12,373 nt of DNA. Origin: Candidatus Caldarchaeales archaeon. Lineage in GTDB: Archaea > Thermoproteota > Nitrososphaeria_A > Caldarchaeales > Wolframiiraptoraceae. The translations under genes were made by a program, and so were the position numbers. The notes under the pieces were generated by a model that worked only from the letters and a program-made list of their open reading frames with translations, was not told the origin of the DNA and made no database searches. The DNA lies in the NCBI GenBank assembly GCA_039630055.1, contig JBCNVN010000005.1:52457-64829 (forward strand), read 5' to 3'. Every line of letters starts with the position of its first letter. Within the stretch, counting starts at the first letter, position 1. Below, in pieces: positions 7,063 to 12,373 of this stretch.

Positions 7063-8163
7063 ATGGATAGACATGGGAAAGCTGTGGAGGTCTTGTCCAA
7101 ACTTATCACCATCCCTAGTCCATCAGGTCGAGAAGAATCGATCTCCCATTATGTTTACGATTATCTAAGCGAGATAGGTTATAAGCCTGAGCTTCAAGAA
7201 GTCTATAAGACTGGTTATAACGTCTTGGTAAGACTAGGTAGAGAGAATAAGATAATGATATGTGGACATCTAGATACTGTTCCACAGCTAGATATGAAGG
7301 AACCTTTCAATCCAGTTATCAGAGATGGGAGGATCTATGGTAGGGGAGCCTGCGATATGAAAGGTGGATTAACTTCTATGCTGTTAACCCTTGAAGAGTT
7401 AGCTGAAAAAGATATTGAGCCGGACGTGGTCTTCGCCTTCGTAGTGGATGAGGAGATGTATGGCAGGGGTGCATCAGAGCTAATGATAAAAGAGATTAAG
7501 ACTGAAGCATGCATAATCCTTGAGCCAACCTCTATGAATATCTGTATAGGTAATGCTGGATGTATAGAGTTTAAGCTGAGAGTTCAAGGTAGAAGCGGGC
7601 ATGGAGCCTCCATCCATAAGGAAAACTCCATCTTGAAACTCTACAAACTATACACTATTCTAGAAGAAAAGATCAGAGAGAGATTTACTGTAGATGGTGA
7701 ATATGGTATGCAACCGATATTAAATCTTGGAAAGATCGTTGGAGGATATGGTGGATGGGTTGTACCATGGGAGGCAGAAGCCGATATACTGATACATTTC
7801 CATCCTGAAGTATCGTATTCAGATATTCTAAAATTCTTAAAGAATAAGATCAATGAAATAAATATCATGGAAGATTTTAAGGCAGAGCTCGAGCCAATCC
7901 ATGGATGTGATGGATTCATAAATAAGACCGAGTATGCTGAGTTACTATGTGAGGCACATAGGAAAGTTCTCGGAAGAGAGCCTAAGAAAGGTATCGTAGA
8001 ATCTGAAACAGATGCAAATGCACTATTCCATAAAGCAGGGATAAACTGTATAATCTATGGCCCAGGAGAGATACGTTACGCTCACTCTTCAGAAGAAAAC
8101 ATATCGATAAGAGAAGTAGTTGAAGCTGCAGACGTACTTACAGAATTCCTGATGAGAATCTAA
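7063..8163 (+). CDS. M20 family metallo-hydrolase (ArgE/DapE-like deacylase)
   Basis: IPSPSGREE, CGHLDTVP, YGRGACDMKGG, VDEE, LEPT, GRSGHGAS, YGPG and AHSSEE; all expected Zn ligands and the catalytic Glu are present. Confidence 0.92.
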   Translation: MDRHGKAVEVLSKLITIPSPSGREESISHYVYDYLSEIGYKPELQEVYKTGYNVLVRLGRENKIMICGHLDTVPQLDMKEPFNPVIRDGRIYGRGACDMKGGLTSMLLTLEELAEKDIEPDVVFAFVVDEEMYGRGASELMIKEIKTEACIILEPTSMNICIGNAGCIEFKLRVQGRSGHGASIHKENSILKLYKLYTILEEKIRERFTVDGEYGMQPILNLGKIVGGYGGWVVPWEAEADILIHFHPEVSYSDILKFLKNKINEINIMEDFKAELEPIHGCDGFINKTEYAELLCEAHRKVLGREPKKGIVESETDANALFHKAGINCIIYGPGEIRYAHSSEENISIREVVEAADVLTEFLMRI

Positions 8164-8348
8164 TCAAGAATCTCCCAACAATCTACCAATTAACGAATTT
8201 TAAAAACTTTAAAATGAAATAATAGATGGAAGATTTCTAGAAAGCAGGATGTGAGAGCTGAATAGCCAAATTATCTCCCTAAATCTCTACATTTAGTAAA
8301 CTGGTTACATGATGCGGGCAGACTTCTACAATATTCCTCAATTGCATT

Positions 8349-9311
8349 TTAGTCTTCTATATTGTCACCCAGATATTGTAGGCTGCATCCTATGCTACTG
8401 AAATCTGGAAGTGGCCACATTAACAAGACTTCATAGTTAAGTTTCATTCCATAACTAGAACTTCCACCAAGTAGTAGTTCAAGTATACTGGGAGCCTTCG
8501 GTCTCACCCATCTTGTAGGTGTGTCTTCAGGTAGTCCAGCCAGCTCGATCGCCCTCTTCACGGCATAATCTAAGGTGCCGACTCCATCAATCAATCCTAC
8601 TTGAAGAGCTTGGAGACCAGTGTAAGGTCTTGCAGACAATACCTCATCCCAATCGGTTAATTTTTCTCTTCTATGCTGTCTAACCCTCTCCTCGAATACA
8701 TCTGCAATAGAGTCTACTATTGACATCATAATTCTTCTTTCTTCATCTGTCATATCTCTCCAACCGCTCCCTAAATCCTTCAGATCTCCACTCTTAAATA
8801 TCTCAGACTTTACTCCAAGCCTATCTAATAGCTCTCTCCAGTTTACAACTATGCTTATAGCTCCGATAGAACCTGTCAAAGAGTTTGGTGATGCTATTAT
8901 CTCTCTAGAGGGTAGTGCTATATAGTATCCTCCCGAAGCCCCATATTCAGTAATATAAGAGACTAAAACTTTTACTTCGCCAAGCTTCTTTAACATGTTA
9001 TAAATCTCTTCTGAGGCAGCTGCACTCCCTCCTGGACTATTGATCACCAATACTACAGCCTTTATAGATGGGTCTCTTCTAATCTGAGATGCCAGCCCCT
9101 CAACATCCCTAGGTGTAAGTATATCGCCTGAAAAGAATGCAAGTGGAGACTCGGAATAAGCAATTGTTCCAGAGAACTCAACTAATGCTACATACTCTAA
9201 TCTACTGACGGCTTCAGTAGTTTGGAGAGACGTGACTAGGCCTAGGGAGATAAGTGAACCTATTATGAGACCTATTAAAAGCCAAGACCACCACTTTAAT
9301 CCTCTCAACAT
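8349..9311 (-). CDS. sppA: Signal peptide peptidase SppA (S49 family, 36-kDa type)
   Basis: Single N-terminal TM segment; INSPGGS, catalytic Ser in GASGGYYIA, TGSIG, catalytic Lys in KSGDLKD, GLID. Start moved from 9392 to ATG 9311 (AGGTG at 9323..9319; TATTTAT near 9359..9353). Confidence 0.92.
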   Translation of the reverse strand: MLRGLKWWSWLLIGLIIGSLISLGLVTSLQTTEAVSRLEYVALVEFSGTIAYSESPLAFFSGDILTPRDVEGLASQIRRDPSIKAVVLVINSPGGSAAASEEIYNMLKKLGEVKVLVSYITEYGASGGYYIALPSREIIASPNSLTGSIGAISIVVNWRELLDRLGVKSEIFKSGDLKDLGSGWRDMTDEERRIMMSIVDSIADVFEERVRQHRREKLTDWDEVLSARPYTGLQALQVGLIDGVGTLDYAVKRAIELAGLPEDTPTRWVRPKAPSILELLLGGSSSYGMKLNYEVLLMWPLPDFSSIGCSLQYLGDNIED

Positions 9312-9490
9312 ATCGAGACACCTAATCTGCAGTAATCTTTCTTCTTTGGTGGATAAATATCTTATTACTGGTATTTTAAGAGATTTTTTCATTATCTTTT
9401 ATGATGTTGTTCTTTTAATCTACAGACCAGGATAATCTTAGACTATCTCTGAAGATGTTCTCATTGTCATATACTGGATGTGTTTTTCTA

Positions 9491-9532
9491 GAAGGCTTAA
9501 TATATGAGGGATGGAGGTGCGTATCTTGGTGA
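9491..9532 (+). promoter_or_regulatory. Putative promoter and RBS of the ESCRT-III gene
   Basis: GAAGGC-TTAATATA (TATA-like at 9497-9504) and GGTGA at 9528-9532, 9 nt before TTG 9542. An in-frame TGA at 9530-9532 bounds the ORF. Confidence 0.5.
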
Positions 9533-9541
9533 ATAAAGAGA

Positions 9542-10183
9542 TTGAAGTTTCCCTTTGGATTTAAGCCTGAGAAACCACCTCAAGAACCCCAGCGACCCAT
9601 AACGGTCTTAATGAACAATAGGTTGATGAATATATTAACCCATCTGAAGATCCAGTCGGAGAAGCTTAAGAGGACATACCAGAGGTTATTGGCGAGAGAT
9701 CGAGCACTATTTGAATCATGTATAAGGGCAGAGCAAGAACTAGATAGAGATAGAGCTGTAATATATGCGAATGAGATAGCCCAGCTTAGAAAGATGAGTA
9801 GAACTGTACTTAGAAGTCAGATATCTTTAGAGAAGGTTATACTTAGATTAGAGACCGTCCAAGAATTTGGCGATGTTATGAGAGCACTTGCTCCAGCGAC
9901 CAAGATAGTGAAGCAGGTCCAGTCTGAGTTATCAGGACTAGTCCCAGAAGTTGCTAACGCTTTAAGAACAGTAGATGAGATGCTTGAGACGGTAATCATC
10001 GAGGCAGGTAACGTAACAGGAGCTCAAGTATCAGTAATAGTCTCTGATAGTGAAGCTCAAAGAATACTAGATGAAGCAGCAGAAATTGCAGCTCAGAGAA
10101 TGAACAATCAGTTTCCACAACTTCCTGAAGTGCTTAAGAATATGACAGATGAAAGGTCTTCAAAAGAGAGTAGGACTACATAA
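9542..10183 (+). CDS. cdvB: ESCRT-III (Snf7-domain) protein, CdvB-like paralog
   Basis: Coiled-coil protein with archaeal CdvB-type motifs RDRALFESCI, RAVIYANEIAQLRK, LEKVILRLETV, GDV...LAPA, VPEVA, EAQRILDEA and a C-terminal MIM-like FPQLP. At 213 aa it has no C-terminal winged-helix extension. Confidence 0.88.
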   Translation: MKFPFGFKPEKPPQEPQRPITVLMNNRLMNILTHLKIQSEKLKRTYQRLLARDRALFESCIRAEQELDRDRAVIYANEIAQLRKMSRTVLRSQISLEKVILRLETVQEFGDVMRALAPATKIVKQVQSELSGLVPEVANALRTVDEMLETVIIEAGNVTGAQVSVIVSDSEAQRILDEAAEIAAQRMNNQFPQLPEVLKNMTDERSSKESRTT

Positions 10184-10360
10184 TCTATTAAAATATTTTT
10201 CAGTAGCATGGATGGCGAAGACACAGCGACAGTATGGTATTCTCTAAATTGTTATTCAATAGGCTTTATCAAAGATAAATAATATTCCTTCTTCTCCCTC
10301 TATCTATTTATTTATGGGTTGCGTGTATTTAATTAATATTTATATTTTTCTTGTACATAA

Positions 10361-11539
10361 ATGACAAAGGGAAAGATGAAGCCTGAGTATATATCATTCT
10401 TTGAAGAACCTAGAAGCCCTCTACCTGGAAACATACTATTCGATGGATTAACCCCTCCAAAAGAGATAATCTTAGCAGTCAATCCTAGAGCAACTATAGA
10501 GCTTATCGAGGGAGTTCTCAAAGCAGCCAAAGACACAGGCAATATTGTAATCTTAGAGTTAGCTTATTCTGAGATGAATCTTAAAGGTGGGTACACAGGT
10601 CTAACTCCAAAAACATTTGCAGAGAGGGTTAGAAGAGCGGCGGAGAATGTGGGATGGTTTGGATATACTCTACATGCAGACCACGTGGTTGTCAGAAAGG
10701 GAACCGATGAAGATATAGATAATGTAAAAAAAGAGCTGGATGCTAGAATTGAAGCAGGTTTTACAAGCTTTGCAATCGATACATCATACCTATTCGATGT
10801 AACTAAAGATGCTGTGTCGGAGCAGTTGAAGAAAGTCGTAGAAAAAGGGGTAGAATTATTTAGATATCTAGATGAAAGGATAGGTCATAGAAACTATGGG
10901 AGGGAAGGAGAGGTTGGAGAGATCGGTAAGAGTGAATTGACCGAGGTTGATGAAGCATTATACTATGTAAAAGCTATGAGAGAGCACGGCATAGATATAC
11001 ATTGGCTTGCAGTAAACAATGGTTCAAAACATGGTGTATCAGTAGATGCTCAGGGAAACATAATCCCCCAACTGGGCATAAATCTAAAGAGAACGGTAGA
11101 GATAGTCCAAACATTATGGAGCCATGGATATCCTACGAGAGTAGTCCAACATGGTGTTAGTGGAACCCCTCTCCACTTGATAGCTGAAATATTTCCCAAA
11201 GGCATGATAAATAAGGGGAATGTCGCCACCTACTACATGCTATCACTATACGATATATTAAGGATCTTTGAACCAGAGCTCTTCAGGAAGATCTATAGAT
11301 GGGTATTAGAGAAATTTAAGAAGGAAGGTGTCTCAGAAGCAGAGATATTTGTAGAAAATAGTAAACATGCTATAAAAGAATTCTTTAATGATCTTGAGAA
11401 GATAAGTGATGAGACGAGAGAAATAATTAGAGCGAGGGCATATGCCGATACACTAATACATCTAAAAGCCTTTGGAATGGAGAAGACCGCTGAAAGAGTA
11501 TACAACTATATAAAGACTAGAAATATAAGATATGATTAA
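10361..11539 (+). CDS. fba: Class II (Zn-dependent) fructose/tagatose-bisphosphate aldolase family protein
   Basis: LHADH, GFTSFAIDTS, EGEVGEIG, LAVNNGSKHG, VQHGVSG and KGNVAT match class II aldolase catalytic and metal motifs. The start could be 10361 or 10376. Confidence 0.85.
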   Translation: MTKGKMKPEYISFFEEPRSPLPGNILFDGLTPPKEIILAVNPRATIELIEGVLKAAKDTGNIVILELAYSEMNLKGGYTGLTPKTFAERVRRAAENVGWFGYTLHADHVVVRKGTDEDIDNVKKELDARIEAGFTSFAIDTSYLFDVTKDAVSEQLKKVVEKGVELFRYLDERIGHRNYGREGEVGEIGKSELTEVDEALYYVKAMREHGIDIHWLAVNNGSKHGVSVDAQGNIIPQLGINLKRTVEIVQTLWSHGYPTRVVQHGVSGTPLHLIAEIFPKGMINKGNVATYYMLSLYDILRIFEPELFRKIYRWVLEKFKKEGVSEAEIFVENSKHAIKEFFNDLEKISDETREIIRARAYADTLIHLKAFGMEKTAERVYNYIKTRNIRYD

Positions 11540-11634
11540 ACCACTGTTCAAACAATCTAATCTTCATCATAAGACAGTAGATAATCTTTTTAACCTCTTA
11601 CTATCTGATAATCATTAAGGATGGATGTGGTCTC

Positions 11635-12357
11635 ATGGAATTGATGAGCTCTAAGAAGCTCTTGATACCTCCACCTAAAGTAGTCCCATCAATACTTTCA
11701 GCAGATTTTAGAAACCTAAGAGAAGAGGTTAAAAAGGTTGAGAGAGCAGGTGCAGACATGTTACACTTCGATATAATGGATGGACACTTTGTTCCAAATA
11801 TAAGCTTTGGACCCGTGATTGTAAAAGCATTAAGGGGTGAGGTAGATCTTCCCTTCCTAGTACACTTAATGGTGGATAGACCGGAAGACATTATCGAGCA
11901 GGCTATAGATGCAGGCTCAGACCAGATAATCTTCCATATAGAGGTCTCACATCACCCATTGAGGATACTAGACTCTATTAAGAGGAGTGGGGTAAAGACT
12001 GGGATTGCATTAAATCCTACTACACCATTGTCTACGATCGAATACCTCCTAGAATATGTAGATATGGTCTTGATAATGACTGTTAATCCAGGATTTGGAG
12101 GTCAGAAGTTTATACCTAGAATGTTCGATAAGATAAGAGAATTGAGAAGTATCCTCATAGAGAGAGGGATCAATCTAGATGTAGCCATAGATGGAGGGGC
12201 AGATTTTGAGAATGTTGGAAAGATAATAGAATCGGGGGCAAACGTGATTATAGCTGGAACATCTATCTTTGGTCAAGAAGATGTTGAAGAAGCAACTAGA
12301 AGGTTCAAGAGGATAGTAGATGAATCTTATAAGAAGATAATGTCAACCCGACTCTAA
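11635..12357 (+). CDS. rpe: Ribulose-phosphate 3-epimerase
   Basis: PSILSAD, HFDIMDGHFVPNISFG, VHLMV, HIE, ALNPTTP, MTVNPGFGGQKF, IDGG, AGTSIF. The start could be 11635 or 11644. Confidence 0.95.
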   Translation: MELMSSKKLLIPPPKVVPSILSADFRNLREEVKKVERAGADMLHFDIMDGHFVPNISFGPVIVKALRGEVDLPFLVHLMVDRPEDIIEQAIDAGSDQIIFHIEVSHHPLRILDSIKRSGVKTGIALNPTTPLSTIEYLLEYVDMVLIMTVNPGFGGQKFIPRMFDKIRELRSILIERGINLDVAIDGGADFENVGKIIESGANVIIAGTSIFGQEDVEEATRRFKRIVDESYKKIMSTRL

Positions 12358-12373
12358 CCTATAACATATTTTA

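Noticed and set aside
9312-9392. 27-residue N-terminal extension on SppA in the ORF track
   Set aside because: A better start exists at 9311 with RBS and TATA-like signals, and the extension overlaps the probable promoter.
11851-11874. Rpe has LVHLMV instead of the usual DVHLM
   Set aside because: The metal and catalytic His/Asp residues (HFD, VHL, IDGG) are intact, so there is no reason to infer altered function.
6959-11891. Short ORFs at 6959-7168, 7641-7919, 9232-9435, 9817-9999, 10333-10542, 11293-11505 and 11601-11891
   Set aside because: They overlap real CDSs out of frame or antisense, with no family features or convincing start signals.

Overview
Archaeal chromosomal window, probably from a TACK-type lineage (inferred from the intron-containing tRNA, the CdvB/ESCRT-III gene, TATA/BRE-like promoters and GGTGA/GAGG ribosome-binding sites). 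From left to right it holds: a minus-strand tRNA-Lys(UUU) interrupted by two introns; a minus-strand PotABCD-family ABC importer with two tandem paralogous binding proteins; a class III PLP aminotransferase upstream of the importer; a divergently transcribed M20 (ArgE/DapE-like) deacylase; SppA signal peptide peptidase divergent from an ESCRT-III (CdvB-like) gene with no cdvA/cdvC beside it; and a class II fructose-bisphosphate aldolase followed by ribulose-phosphate 3-epimerase. The most notable observations are four. The tRNA has two introns whose splice structures compete. Both PotD-like proteins replace canonical polyamine-binding residues with a Cys pair and carry pilin-like (class III) signal peptides, so the uptake-plus-deacylase-plus-aminotransferase module may act on a non-standard amine. 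The ESCRT-III gene is paired head-to-head with sppA. The fba-II/rpe pair is uncommon in archaea. All calls come from visual motif recognition; no searches were run.
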